Below are positions 1-14,081 of a DNA stretch of 64,000 nucleotides, piece by piece. The stretch's first letter is position 1. The number at the start of each line of letters is the position of its first letter. A model generated the notes under the pieces. The model had not been told where the DNA came from and made no database searches. It saw only the letters and a program-made list of their open reading frames with translations. This stretch comes from Owenia fusiformis. Taxonomy: Eukaryota. A program made the translations under genes and the position numbers. The stretch lies in NCBI GenBank assembly GCA_903813345.2, contig CAIIXF020000001.1:48298001-48362000 (forward strand), given 5' to 3'.

Positions 1-25
1 TTCTAGGAACTTATATGCTACTTAT

Positions 26-919
26 TAGGGGTCCCGCGATTCATCGATATATCGATGCATCGGCTCGTTTGGTGACGATACGAGACTATCGATACGAAGA
101 CTCAAATATCGATACACCAAAAATATTATTTACATACCTGAAATCCATCATATTTTGCCGAAATCTACTGAATATTTGACTTTTTTGAGAAATTGTTCTT
201 ATATTTTTTGTTTGGTTTCTCGCTGGACATGACACGCCCAAAATGTTGTATAAATACAAACAGAATGCTTAGCGGATTGACAGGCAAAATGCGAACAAAT
301 AACTCGTGTCTTCTATGTCTTCATATATCAACGTACTTTGTTTTATATTTATTCTATATACTTTTTGACAATTTAGTATGAATAAATATAATCTTTGAAC
401 TTTTTATTCGATAGAACGCCGCGTTAAAAAATTGCCTACTAATATTGATAATTCTAATAAAAAACCGAACAATATTTACGTTCGAAGTATTAATGTTGAC
501 CGGAGTTTAGAAATTGAAACTTTTTGAAAGTTTTGAAAACAATTGATAGAATTATGGCCATGTAAATATCAAACATGGGTAGTTGTGATATCCTAATATG
601 GCCCCTAATAGAAAATCTACTGTAGTACTTTGTAACATTCCTCAGTAAAGGGAAAGCACGGCCGGACTTCAAAAAATATTGCAAAATACATAGCTGGCTA
701 CTATGCAGCAGGTAGGCTTGATACTTCTTGACAATAGTTTTTATGCTGCATCTTAATCAAATGCCACAGCAAGTATTAGACTTTCAACTCGACCTCAGCT
801 ACGTCAGTTTTGCAACCCCCCCCCCCTTCCCCGGTTCAACTACACTATTATGTATCGTATCGTGACCTGAGTATCGAGATACGTATCGTATCGTTTCATA
901 ATGTATCGTGGGACCCCTA
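26..919. mobile_element. Non-autonomous hAT-type DNA transposon (MITE)
   Basis: TIRs TAGGGGTCCC...GGGACCCCTA, subterminal (CGATA)n arrays, exact 8-bp TSD CTACTTAT at 18-25 and 920-927. Confidence 0.85.
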
Positions 920-1557
920 CTACTTATGAGCAACGTGACATGGACGTCACTGTTTGCTGGATCAACTATTTTAAAAAGTGCTCTGTCTCGTATAGGGTAA
1001 AAATATCGAACAGCAGTGCACTCGGTAGTCTGTCAAGTCAATTCGCTACTATATATCGGGGGAAATGTGGAACTTTGAAAGTTGGTAACCCTGCTAGGAA
1101 TGTTAGGTACCTGGTCGACCGGTTTTTTACACAAACCCCGGGGATAACATGAAATAAGCGAAAAACTGTTGAGTTTGAAATTCAAAACTACACAAGATTT
1201 AGTAATTTGTTCATTTTTGTTGTTAGGGCATGGTCTACATTGCCTAACGACCTCGGGGAATATAGATGTAACCTACATACGATCATAAAAAGCCAATTGA
1301 GCATTGGAAACCACCTAATATGTTCTACCTAAGCCATAATATTGTATTTTTAATTTGCAGTTACGCAAAAAATTGATTAACGGTTACGCGAACCTCGTTC
1401 AAATATGTATCCCAGATTCATTGTTATTAATTTTGTACATCAGTACTTGATGCTAATTCTTCTTTTGCCTCTTCATTGCTATCTTTTTGACTTAAATTGG
1501 TTTCATAAATAAAGCAAGACACAATTTTTTCCTTATCGTATAGAGGCTCAAACAAGA

Positions 1558-1980
1558 CGAACTCCCATGCAGTGTCTCGGTATAGACACTGCGGCGGGCA
1601 GATGAAGCAAATCCCCAAAATTTGGGGAAAATAGTTCCCCTTTTCATCATATATGTGGTCAATTTTCACACAACTTATAAAATATGTATTCATGAATGTT
1701 CCCCAAACATTATTTTGTCAAAATATTTCAAAATTATTGAAATATGAGAAGAAATCACGGCGGAAGGGATTCTGAGTAAAAGTTGTGTTGATAATAGTTT
1801 ACCGCACATGTTGTTTATTAGTTAATACGCGCAATTCAACCAATGAAATTGTCTAGATTTTACAATCATGCGACCTGAGCATGGGACTAGAACCAATCAT
1901 GTCAGTTGTTTATTACGAAGTTACCATGCTTACGGTGAGATACCTGCCCGCCGCAGTGATATATCACTGCACGGGAGTTC
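1558..1980. mobile_element. MITE with long TSD (Mutator-like)
   Basis: Inverted ends GAACTCCCRTGCAGTG...CACTGCGGCGGGCAG; TCAAACAAGA duplicated at 1548-1557 and 1981-1990. Confidence 0.65.
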
Positions 1981-3049
1981 TCAAACAAGAGTGTCTCTTG
2001 CTAGTCCTGAAAACAAATATAAGCAATTTAATATTCCATTTCTTACCCATTATAACAATTACATGGAAAGAGGCTCTCAGAACTGGGAACCTTGACTTGA
2101 AGGTGTACATGCGCGTAAACGTCCACTAAATATCTAATGTACAACTAATACAATACGTTTCTGTCCATAGAATTCATACGTAGTCGTCTAACGACATTGT
2201 GTTTGAAACCTTATTATTTACAATATGACCACGTTCCTGTTCTGGATTTGTCATTTTATGGCTTGTTTATACACAGTTTACTTACTGTTAATAGTTTGAG
2301 TGGCTCTGAGGCACATATACTGAGAAATCACGAGAATGGACTAAAAATTATAAACTTGGACATCTCAGTCGGTAAGTTTTATAGCTTATATTCTGCTTCT
2401 AGCAAACCACCTGGCAGATTTGACCCAGTCTTTATAACCATCCATATATACGTCACCGAATGGAACTAGTTGAAAAGGAAATCTTATCTGTGAATCTTGC
2501 CTACAGGCGAGAAAGAGGACATGCTGTCTTTCCCATCCGCTATTTTTTGTTATCGTTACCACAAAATTTTGCAAATCGCCTTGACATAACCGTCATGCTA
2601 TAACACCGTGTTATAGTATAGGATTTTCATCAAGAGAGATTTTTCACTGATACATATTTCTAAAATTATAAAAATCAAAATGATAATTGGGAAACTGCTT
2701 GATCACAGTAAAAAGTGGTATTTGGGAAACCTTATACTATCTAGGTATTCTGTTTAAGAATCATCCCACATTAAATATATTGAAAGGAAAAATAAGTACA
2801 TAAAGAAATTATGTCACCATGACCCTGGCAAAACACTGTACTGTTAAATGGTTTAATTTTGGTAATACAATTGATATATGGTAGTTATAATAATCGGAGA
2901 ATATAACTTTTTACTTTGGCCTTATATTATAAAACACATGTATTTTACTTTGGCCCTAAAGGGTCAGAAGTTCACAACATTTCAAATCGTGGAACTCATG
3001 AATTATTCATGAGACACGGGCTAAGAAAGTAACCATGTGAAAACAGACC

Positions 3050-3293
3050 TGTGATTGGTCAATTCGAGTCTAGTACTGATATTTTGGAGAAATGAACCAA
3101 TCATAAAGCATTACATCATCACTCTTCCAAGTACATACTATAAATCACGTGAAATATAGGATCGCTTCGTTTTGACATATATTCTGAAGTCGTTTCTTAA
3201 CCGTAACAAGACATAACAAGATGTTGTTGTGTAGCTAGAGATGGGCAAAATCTTCACTTTATAACTAACAGATTCTGCAAATTTAAGGTATGT
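3050..3293 (+). promoter_or_regulatory. Possible promoter and non-coding first exon (candidate 5' end of the CXC-helicase-glycosyltransferase gene)
   Basis: Two CCAAT boxes (~3054, ~3097), TATAAA 3139-3144, E-box TCACGTGA 3145-3152 and a donor AG|GTATGT at 3287/3288. The link to the acceptor at 15250 is inference only. Confidence 0.25.
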
Positions 3294-3515
3294 GTCAAGT
3301 GGTTTCAATACAAGGGAACTAATGATCAAATTATATAGATTATTCAGTCAGTTATTTACAGACAATCTTAAATCTATTTAAACAATTAACTCGCCTTCTT
3401 CATTCGAAACATTTGGAAACTATATATAATTCCTTTATTCTAAGTAAAATTGATTATGCTGATATAATTTACAGTAGTGCTCCAAATATTGCTACAACTT
3501 GAAAGGTAGCATATA

Positions 3516-4773
3516 CACGGTACCCATGTCAAGCTGCACGCCTACTTAGGCGCGCAGTTTGTTTCGATCACAAACTGCGTGCCTAAGAATATTGGATCAT
3601 TTAAGTTGGAGTCTGTATTTTGAAACGTAATTTAAAGACATTTATCCTGCATTGTTTTCTTGTTCAATGCGTTCATTCTGTGGGGAATATACGAATCTTG
3701 CAAATACTAGCAAAAACTATGTGCAAATGAATCTAAGTTTTAAAACATAAGCAGATTAATGGCATTTTCGTCACTGATTTAACGGGAATTTATACGTAAA
3801 TCGATCTAGCACTTTAAACATAAATGACAAATACTTTAGACTCGTTTTATATTTAATTCCTTACGCATTTATCATGTATAATTCAAAATATTTCGAGATA
3901 AAACAGATAATCAGGAGATTAAAAAGAAATAAACCACAAACTGCGTGCCTATTTTAGCCAGAAATTACAAACTGTGCGCAAACACTATTAAAACTACATA
4001 TTATCATTGGAATTTCTACAGAGGCACGTGTAGGTGTTTTTCATGTAGCTTTGGAAATTTTGCTTTATCGTCAGATTTTATGAGATTTTTATATTGAAAG
4101 TCAAAATGTATAATAGAAGTGACAATTAAGTTGGGAACGAAAAAAACTTTTATTTTCAGATCACCATCTTGGTGGATGGACTCTCATAGTGTTTCAATTA
4201 TGGGGTTCTACTAGTAGACACATATGTGCCTTGTATGTTGCTTATGTTTTCTAATAATACAAAACAAGCTTGGATAGTCAAGCAGTTTGGAAATATTAGG
4301 CACGCAGTTTGGGAAATACATGTGAATATAGGCGCGCAGTTTGACAAGAAAAATGTTTAAATCACGTTTATGGCGTATTATCGTTTTGAACACAAACTTT
4401 GCTGCTTTAATCAGATGGAGTGATCCTATATATTCTAGCATACACAGACACAATGGCTGAATAAACGGCAAATGACGATAAAAAGACATAGATATAACTT
4501 TACACTGTAAATTCCGAACACAGAAGTTACTTAAGACCCTTATATTGAGATAACTAGGTTTACATCGGGAAAAACATCGAGTACTATGAGTAAATTAAGT
4601 TCATCTTCACAGAATGGTACTATCTTTAGAACGAGACTAACCTTGTATTTTTCGTATTTTGGCTCTTTTTGGGAGTCGTGTCCTCCCCGTCTCACATTTT
4701 GAAATATGCGCGCAGTTTGTCAGAGTTTCAAACTGCGTGCCTAGTAGGCACGCTGCTTGACATGGGCATCGTG
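3516..4773. mobile_element. Non-autonomous DNA transposon with CAC...GTG ends and a probable 5-bp TSD
   Basis: TIR CACGGTACCCATGTCAAGC / GCTTGACATGGGCATCGTG; ATATA on both flanks; internal GCGCAGTTTG/CAAACTGCGTG repeats. Confidence 0.8.
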
Positions 4774-4789
4774 ATATATAATCCCGGGA

Positions 4790-5560
4790 TTATAATGCAG
4801 CTTGTCTAATTTCTGGTGCTCTGCATGTTCAAGCACCTATAAGGTCTTGGAGACATTAAATTGGATTACTTTGTCTGAGAGAAGAAGAAGCCATCTTTGC
4901 TCATTTCTATTTAAAAGTAGAATTAATTTATCAGCTTCATATGTCACTGAATTATTTAACAAATACTTACATGAACCAAATAGAATCCTAAGGGCTGTCA
5001 GACAGTATAATGTGCCTCTAAATATCAGCATTTCATTTAGAAAAACTGCATACTTTGCTTTGATTGAAGAATTGAATGCATGGTCTGCCTAACAATTTAA
5101 GAAATTGCAATAGAATATGAACTTTTAAAGGCAAACTTAGATTGCATTTCGGGAATGAAAAATGTATAAGTGTTATAGCATCTTTTGATATCACTACAAA
5201 AACTGAAATTATATTTAACAGGTTTAAAGTGGACCTATTTTTAAAAAGTCAATTATTTGCTCATCATTTTACGAACATTGACTCACCAGCTTGTAACTGT
5301 GGTCATGAAAATGAAACCCCTACTCATTTTTTCCTCAAATGCCCTCAACTTGTAGATGATAGAATCAAACTTCTTATAGAGCTCCATATTATTGGTTGTT
5401 TAGAAAAATTCTTAGATGCTAACTCTGTTAGCAAAGTAAATATGCTTTTGCATGGTAACACTGAACTTAGTAATGAAGATAAAACACTTCTTCTGAAAGC
5501 AACTTTAAAATTCCTAAAAGCAGCCAAGATTGACTAACATGTATACTACACTACACCATA
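4790..5560 (+). mobile_element. Degenerate 3' fragment of a LINE ORF2
   Basis: LNWITLSERRRSH followed by SPACNCGHENETPTHFFLKCP (C-terminal CCHC region typical of invertebrate LINE ORF2), broken by stops and frameshifts. Confidence 0.75.
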
Positions 5561-5662
5561 ATTCACACCACTGCACACCTTTTTTGTAAAGCATTCTAAT
5601 ATCAGCCTTGATTGTGTTTTTTCCTTTTTGTTTATATATGAATAGTTATGAATAATTGTAAC

Positions 5663-6862
5663 AAAGGATCTAGTGCACCCGCCATTATGATCTCCCCATG
5701 AACAAAAAAAATAAATTCATCTGATTTTTCAAAATGAATATACTGCTTTTATCATTACATTTATATGTACACTAGTATCTTGTTGACCTATATTCAGCAC
5801 TGTATTGATGAATGGGCCACTTATTAGGGCCAATATTCAATCATAAAGTGTACAGAGGTAGAGATGCCAAACCAGGAAGTCTTTTTGTGTCTGTCAAAAT
5901 CCATTTGCAATTGCATCCTACACATCCCTACATCTTATCCAAATATGTTATTAATAAATGAAACATAACAGTATAATCTTTGGATTTACAAAGTTGTATG
6001 GGATTTCATAAGTGTAAAAGTTGCTTTTGAAGCATTTTTCTATAGCTATTTTGTAAGGAAAAAACGATGACAAAATGTATAATCTTTTAAATTTCCTAGA
6101 TCAAAATTCAGTCAAACTGATGTCATATTTGGAATCTACATGTAAAATTACATCTAAAAATATGGTTTTGAAAAGAGTTTATCAACTTTTGAAAATCTAA
6201 TTTTCTTTGAAAATGTGACTTCTAGGTCGGGGAGATTTCCCATAGTGTAAAATCACAAAAATGGAAATATCTTTTCTTGTGTTGGGTAGATAATATTTTC
6301 TTTTACTGGACATATTTTAATTTGTATAACTATCAGATACATATAGAGGGTAATATGAAAAGTGAACCACTAAAACTCATGAATATTCAAGTTTACAGGA
6401 ATTTTGTAATACCCTGCCATGTTATTTCCCCCGAATCAGCCACCTGGTGGCAAAACTGGTAACTACCTACTCACATCTGAGTAATTGAAGTATGACCTGA
6501 ATCAATTGCAAACTTTATATTTGCACATCTGATGTGATATACCACTTGTGTCATATTGTGAAATTATTTAATTTGCAATCGATTCAGGTCATAGTATATT
6601 TTAGGTATTTTTGTGAAAATCAATAGAAACCAATGGCCTCCATTTGAATCTGATGGTATTCACATGTTAAGTCAATAGAACACATCCAATGTCAAGTCAA
6701 TACACCCTTGCTAAACTTAATGACCTCAACCTCCGCCCATGTGGGTCCAAATGCATAAATATTTTCCAAAGTATTATGTAACATTGTATTCTTTATGTTA
6801 CACCTAAAAATGATTCATTTTGTTCATGGGGAAATCATAATGGAAAGTGCACTAGACCCTTT
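5663..6862. mobile_element. MITE with TIR AAGGRTCTAGTGCAC...CCATTATGAT; carries a nested ~400-bp repeat (about 6100-6485)
   Basis: Inverted ends at ~5663-5706 and ~6817-6862. A second, inverted copy lacking the nested insert lies at ~41230-41930. The nested repeat recurs at ~25511-25900 and ~39170-39552. Confidence 0.75.
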
Positions 6863-7084
6863 GTATTTGTATTGAATGCATGGTATATTTACTTCGAAGT
6901 TCAACACAAATATTAAATTGATTAACCTTGTTGAATTTTCATCGTATGATATTAAATGTTATAATATATGAACTTGAAATAAAAATGATTAAAAAAATGT
7001 GTTTCTTGCTTCAACGCAATTTAAAATTTTCGATCCACGTGGGTAACACATTTCAAAATGGCCGACATGACAACTTTCATTCCA

Positions 7085-8406
7085 AACAAGACACACAGTG
7101 ATAAATATCGTACTTTGAAGAGCAAACTGGCCACCATGCAATTTACCCAGCATGGCCAAAACCTAATCAGACCTTGGCACTAGTCTGCTCTTGCATCTGT
7201 AAACATTTCAAGTTGACAAGGTTAGCGGTTTTCCTGCAATTTTGATGACAAGAATTTATTTGTAGTCTTGAACTTTGGGAAAATTTAGATAACATTGTTT
7301 GTGACCTAATCTGATGACCTTCGACCTTGAAAATTTCACTTTTTCAGACCTCAGTAGGTCTTTTGTAATTAAGCTGACCTAAATTTAAATCCAAAATATC
7401 AATTTAGAAAATCAACTTTTTGACCTTTTCAAGGTCACTGAAGGTCAACGAAAGGTCAAATCTGAAATCTAAGGTCAGATTTGAACTTCTGAGAACTTGT
7501 AGATGTTTTTAAAAAAAAAATTGGTCAATTTGGAGCAAGTTGAAAAATTCAAAATGGCCGCCAAATTGAAAAATTCAAAATGGCCACCATGTAATTCAGC
7601 CAGCATACCCAAAACCTAATCAGATCTTGGCAATAGTCTGCTCTTGCATCTGTAAAAAATTCAAGTTGAACGGATAAGTGGTTTTCCTGGAATTTTGATG
7701 ACAAGATTTGTTGAGAAATTCAAAATGGCCGCCACGTAGTTTACCCAGCATGCCCTAAACCTAATCAGATCTTGGCACTAGTCTGCTATTGCATGTGTAA
7801 AAATTTCAAGTTGAACAGGTTAGCGGTTTTCTTGGAACTTTGATGACAAGAATTGATTTGTAGTCTCAAACTTTGAGAAACTTGGATAACATCATTTGTG
7901 ACCTAGTTTAATGACCTTGACCTTCGACCTTGAAAATTTAACTTTTTCAGACCTCAGTAAGTGTTTTGTAATTAAGCTGACCTAAATTTAAATCCAAAAT
8001 ATCAATTTAGAAAATCAACTTTTTTGACCTTTTCAAGGTCACTGAAGGTGAATGAAAGGTCAAATCTGAAATCTAAGGTCAGATTTGAACTTCTGAGAAC
8101 TTGTAGATGTTTTTAAAAAAAAATTTGGTCAATTTGGAGCAAGTTGAAAAATTCAAAATGGCCGCCAAATTGAAAAATTCAAAATGGCCACCATGTAATT
8201 CAGCCAGCATACCCAAAACCTAATCAGATCTTGGCAATAGTCTGCTCTTGCATCTGTAAAAATTTCAAGTTGAACGGATAAGTGGTTTTCCTGGAATTTT
8301 GATGACAAGATTTGTTGAAAAATTAAAAATGGCCGCCACATAGTTTACCCAGCATGCCCTCAACCTAATCAGATCTTGGTACTAGTCTGCTCTTGCATCT
8401 GTAAAG
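7085..8406 (+). mobile_element. Helentron-associated (DINE-1/HINE-like) element with internal tandem duplications
   Basis: Starts AAACAAGACACACAGTGATAAATATCG; ~120-bp AAAATGGCC...GATGACAAG subunits and a ~600-bp tandem duplication; same family at 36116-36696. Confidence 0.65.
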
Positions 8407-8566
8407 ATGCATTACTGTCAGGGTTTGTCAATTAGTTTGGCTAACTTTTGGTAAGAATTATGTATATCTGGGTCATGTATATTATTTCCTATCCCCGGGT
8501 TTCTATCTCATTAATGTCCAATATGCACAGAACCAATCTGAATAATAATGCTTCCATTTTCACATA

Positions 8567-9248
8567 TACGAGGGGTAATCCAAAAGTCTTGGATGCCCTT
8601 CTCTAATTTTGTTTGTTTTTAACAAAATTACTTAAAACATTCCAATAAGAAAGACCAACAACTCACTACTTTGTATTTTACTTTCATGGAGAAATAATAT
8701 ATTTTATGTAGTTTTCTGGATGGTTTTTAATAGAGGGACCCTGCCAACTTGAACGGTATTCGCACATGGCAACTTTCAGCGTGCAGTCTAGATATGGCTC
8801 CGTGAAAATTTTTTCCTTTTCTCCAAATTAAAAGGATTAGAGTGGCACTCAAGGAGCATTTGTATCACAAGCAATGGCGGTTTCATAAATGTCTTCAATT
8901 CATGGGTAAAGTGGTACGAAAAATGTGTTCAAATTTGTGGAAATTATGTTGTGAAGATGATGATGATGGCAGATGACACTCAGATTGAAAAATCAGAAAT
9001 TCCCCCATATCATGACTGGTGTTAGGTTGTGCACCTGCACCTAAAGTACAATCTGTATTTGCCATATAAACACTTGTGACGTGATTTCCGTTTTTTAAAT
9101 ACCGTTCTGGGTAGCAGGGACCCCATATTAAAAACACTTAGAACAGTAGCTAAAATATGTAATCATGTAATTATGTAATTCATGTAATTATATTAAAAAA
9201 TAGCAAAGTTAGAGCAGGGCATCCAAGACTTTTGGATCGCATCTCGTG
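8567..9248. mobile_element. Internally deleted mariner-type element
   Basis: TIR TACGAGGGGTAATCCAAAAGTCTTGGATGCCCT / AGGGCATCCAAGACTTTTGGATCGCATCTCGTG. Confidence 0.7.
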
Positions 9249-11077
9249 CATGTAGGCAACGGAACACATTCAATTGTCCAGTTGCATTATCACACTACTA
9301 TACCTTGCATTTGGTGTTCATGAGCAACCCATTTGGCTTATTAGTAATGATTATGTATTTGTTTTTATTTGTCTGTTCCTTATGAATGGTTTATCGGTTG
9401 AAAATTAGATGCTAGTAAGGCACTTTCAAAAATATATTAAACAATTCAATTAGACAAACAAAGTATCTTATGCATTTCTAGGTGTTAGGTATAGTAGTGT
9501 GATTATGTGACCATGTGAATAAATCGTTCATCTTACTTGCTTGACGAAACCTTGCTAAGTGTATAGACATGAGAGAACAATATGTTCAGTCACTTTTCTC
9601 ATCAAGTTTAAAAAAACACCAATGCAAGGTCTAGTATTCTTTATATCTCTATGAGTAAACATTTCTTCTAGCATATTTTATTTAAAATCCATTCTAAGTT
9701 CAATTTACTTCAAATTATTCCCCAACCTTTGTCCATTCAATTTCAAACACTTATAAACCATATAAAATTATTAATTTATTAGCCTTGAATATCATGGTAT
9801 GTGCTAATTGGGTGTATGCAACTTTTATCTGTATGTCATAATTTCTGTGCTCAATTAAATATGTCGAAAACATGTGCAATATTATATTATGAAGTAAATG
9901 AATTAATTTGAATCAGAGAATAATACTCAATTACAAGTTGAAACTTACTTTTATGAGATTCTCAAGAGTGAATTTTGCAAAATATTCATACTGTGATAAA
10001 TAAATATTATTCCAATAAAATGTTGAATCTCACTTTAAATACATTACTGTTGTGAGTTAATTATACATGAATTGAGCCTTAATTTTATATATTACTGTGA
10101 TATCTTGTCTAAATAAATTTTATAGATTATTGTACTTCATTAAATTGTCATATGGTTTGTTGATCCAATCAATATTGCATCGACAAATCATATTTGGTGC
10201 ATTTGCATATACATGTACATTGTACATGTATAAAGCATATATAAAATATTTCCATTATTTCATTCCAGACTCCCAAATGTGATTTCCAATGTGAATTGAG
10301 CCTCGATTTGGTTTATGTAAGTAAATGTTATATAATTATTTGAACTATTTTATTCAGATTCAGTTTTGGTATTTATATCTGAATTGTTCTATTCAGATTC
10401 ATAATTTGAGTATTTTGATATTGATTTTTAATATATTTTTGAAATAATAAACTTTTTAAGATTTTATATGTAAATTTTTTGTGTATTTGTAATCTATCAA
10501 GATATTCCAACCAACCCACTCCACTCTACTACATTTGGTCGTACCCACTTGGCCATATCTTTCACAATATTCAATTCAATGATGATGCCTGGCCTCTTAC
10601 ATGGTTGCCCCTAATGGGTTCTTCCTAAATCAGCTGTTTCCAAACTTAATTCATAGAAGCATTATAGGAGATCTAGGATGGAAACCTTTGTACAACAACT
10701 TAGAAAAAAGACAACTAGAGTCTTTTGATTACCTCAAATATGATTAGTCCCACAACTTCTCTCCCTCACAAAATGTTAAGGTTATTATCACAATGTCATT
10801 AGGAAGATAAAGAATCATACTGAAAATTGATATCCAACATGCATAAAATTGTAATTGATAGGGGCCAAGATGATGTCATATACAGATCATATCTAAAGCA
10901 CAAAGAAAAAATTCACGAGAGCATCTCAAATCACAATTCTCTCATTTAAAAAAGTTGAAGACTATAACAATATGTCACCACTTCTGATGGTGACATAAAA
11001 ATTTGAAAACTGATTATTATTAATTTGTTGATTGCAATGATTGAACCACTTCCTCAAGTTTATGTGTTTAACATGTT

Positions 11078-11909
11078 CACAGGCTGGTATCGAAAGATTT
11101 GTCCGCTGTGACGGAGCATGCTATTTTTCATAAAAACACTGAGAATGCTTCACGATTTATTTTTTAACTCATATGTTTCGTTATATCAAATAAAATTACT
11201 TACTCCATGCAATGGATATATCATTTGCGGGTAACCGTCACTTCTGTTTGAAGTCCAATAACGCTATGAGTAAAAGCTATTGAAAACGGCGCCAGAGTAT
11301 CAAACTTTAAAATGAACCATTTCTTTTTTAACTTTTTAATGACATGATATTGTGACACGATAATATTAACATATGTTTTCAGCATAACTCTGAATGTATT
11401 AATGAGATATTAATGCATTGGGTCTTTTTAATTTTTTTGATAAAAAATAATATTAATATTTTTTGTCCGCTGTGATGGAGCATTTTCACAGTTCACATTT
11501 GAAAATGCTCCGTCACAGCGGACAGAAAAATTAAAAATTATTTTTTATAAAAGAATTAAAAAGACCAAATACATCAACATCTCATCTATACCTTCTTAGT
11601 TATGCTGAAACCAAGTGTAAATATTATCGTGTCACTATATCGTGCCAATAGAAAGTTAAACAAGAAATGGTACATTTTGAAGTATGATACTCCGGCGCCA
11701 TATTCAATAGCTTTTCTTCCCAGCGTAATTGAACTTCAAACAGAAGTGAAAGTTACCCGCAAATGATATATCCATTGCATGGAGTAAGTAATTTTCTATG
11801 GTATAGCGAAACATATGAGTTAAAAAATAAATCTTGAAATATTCTTAGTGTTCTTATGAAAAATAGCATGCTCCGTCACAGCGGACAAATATTTCGATAC
11901 CAGCCCGTG
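11078..11909. mobile_element. Foldback (almost fully palindromic) DNA transposon with CAC...GTG ends and 5-bp TSD
   Basis: ~400-bp inverted arms starting CACAGGCTGGTATCGAAA / ending TTTCGATACCAGCCCGTG; TSD ATGTT at 11073-11077 and 11910-11914. Confidence 0.9.
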
Positions 11910-14081
11910 ATGTTAACCAGCCTTTTTATTGTGACGGAACAGAATTAAAAGCCGTCTACTGTACCAGGGTTTACATTATAATATACAAGACAAAATGAAT
12001 TTTGCCAGGTTTCAGTTGAGTTTTGGGTATACTTGGCAAGTTGAACTTGTCTATACTAGACACAGGACCGTTACATGAGAAGGAATTTCCACTATGGTTA
12101 CTCAAGATCTATGATTAATTTTTTTTATTAGATTCATACCTCCATATTAAGAAACAACTTGAACATATTCTTGGAAGAAATGTTTGTGCACTGTCTACTG
12201 AGAAGATGGCGGACCAGTTTTTTTTATTCCAAATAACATATATACATGTACATTACAAAATAATAATCTTAGAGTTTTTACAATCTAAGAATTTCCTTCA
12301 CAGTTGTTATATTTGAAATCATGAATAGTTGATCACCTGGACCAGTTGATCACCTTTTCAAGTGAAACAAAGAAAGACATCATTTTGAAATGTCCAGAAC
12401 ATGCATTTTTGACTTTTGATTTTGGTCCCATGAACAGAAATGTTATAATTAGGACATGATGGCTGTTGAGTGTGTCAATTTTTAGAAGTAGAAGTAAGAG
12501 AATTTTGGAGATATCGAGTGTCAAAGTATGGCCTATTTTATGCCTACTCAGTATATTACTGAATTTCTACAATGTCATAAGTAATGTCACTTCGAGATGG
12601 ATACTCCGCTTTCATTACATGTGAAGAAAACAGAAATTGATAAAAAATTGACAGATCGAGTGGAAGGTGTTACAATGAGCCTTATTTTCAGAATGTTTAT
12701 TCCAGTGTATTGAATCATTTATAATTCAATTAAATAAAAATCTCAATTTTATCATTTTAATTTACCCTTCGTGAGCCCCATCATGCATTTATTTTCAAAA
12801 ATAACTTGATCATGGAAGTCATAGAAAATTATCAGCTCACAACAGTGAGTCAAAATTTCAAAATCTAGAGATGGTTCTTTGAACTAAATTGTAATAAGAC
12901 AGGGGCCCATGTTTAAATTTTCAATGGGTGATGAATGATATCAGAAAATGCAGACAATTTTTGGGATTGCTAAAATTGGGATAAGATAGAGTCAAGCCTT
13001 TTTTCTTAATGATCTGGGGAAGACACATGTTTTCAAGATTAATATGAAAATCTGGAAAAAGTTCAAAAATGTTTAAAATGACAGATGGTAAATGTTGGTT
13101 TTGATATTTTCTTTAGTTTTAATTGAATTAAACCGCTGGGGTGGCCAGTTGAGTCGAAACAGAGATCTATTTTATAGTCCTGCCATCTTTTTACCAGTTG
13201 AGAAACTATGAACAGGTTGACCCCAAAAAAATGCAACCCACTATTTTCTAAATAATTATATAAATTTTCCTGTTTTTGAATGTCTAATTTATAGATCAAT
13301 TACCAACTCATAAAGAATCACAGTATTTTCTTTGGGTTAATTATTTTCCACTAACAAAATGTATACCTAGTAATGAGTTGGCATGTATTTATGAATCAGT
13401 GTTATTTGTCAAAATAAGTCACAAAAGATACAGATCTGATTAATAGCCCATGTGATAAAAATCTAAAATTTCTGTACTTCAACACTGCAGGATACAAATT
13501 CTCTATTTCACTCTGACATCCCCATATCCCAAATTTTGTTACTTCAACTCCATTTTTGTTGAAAAGTTATTTAAAAACAATGACAAATATCATCGTTATT
13601 TAATACAGAAATTGGTGTGTCCTTGAAGGCAGTGGCAGATAAAAAATGAGGCCCAAAAACCCATTACTCTCCAATTTTGGGCCTATTGCTAAGAAAATGG
13701 TCCCAAATTTTCAGATTTGGTGCCCAGAAATTTTGATTCATGTCACAATATAGGGTAGAGATTTTTGGGTTTTTATTTTGTGCAATTTTTTTAAAAGGGT
13801 ATGAATATCTATTGATGGACTGGACTGGCTTAGCTGGATTGGCTTATATTTTTGAAATGTGCCACTTTGTTTTAACAAAAACACAAGTTTTTAAAAAAGG
13901 TAGGGAAAATCTATCAATAGGATGGACTTTGTTTTCTGGAAATGTGCTACTTTTGGCCAATTGTTTTTGTTTTTAAAAACGGTATGTTAATATATTACTG
14001 GACTCTGGAAATGCACTTGGCTGTTTTAAAAAGGTGTAAAAATATACAATTTGTTTACATCCAAAAGTAGCACAAAAAACA

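Noticed and set aside
1427..1693. 88-aa - strand ORF with protein-like composition
   Set aside because: It crosses the boundary of the 1558-1980 MITE, and no clean exon model emerges after removing the MITE.
10540..10740. Possible LINE remnant (GDLGWKPLY-like peptide)
   Set aside because: Too short and degenerate to support a feature call.
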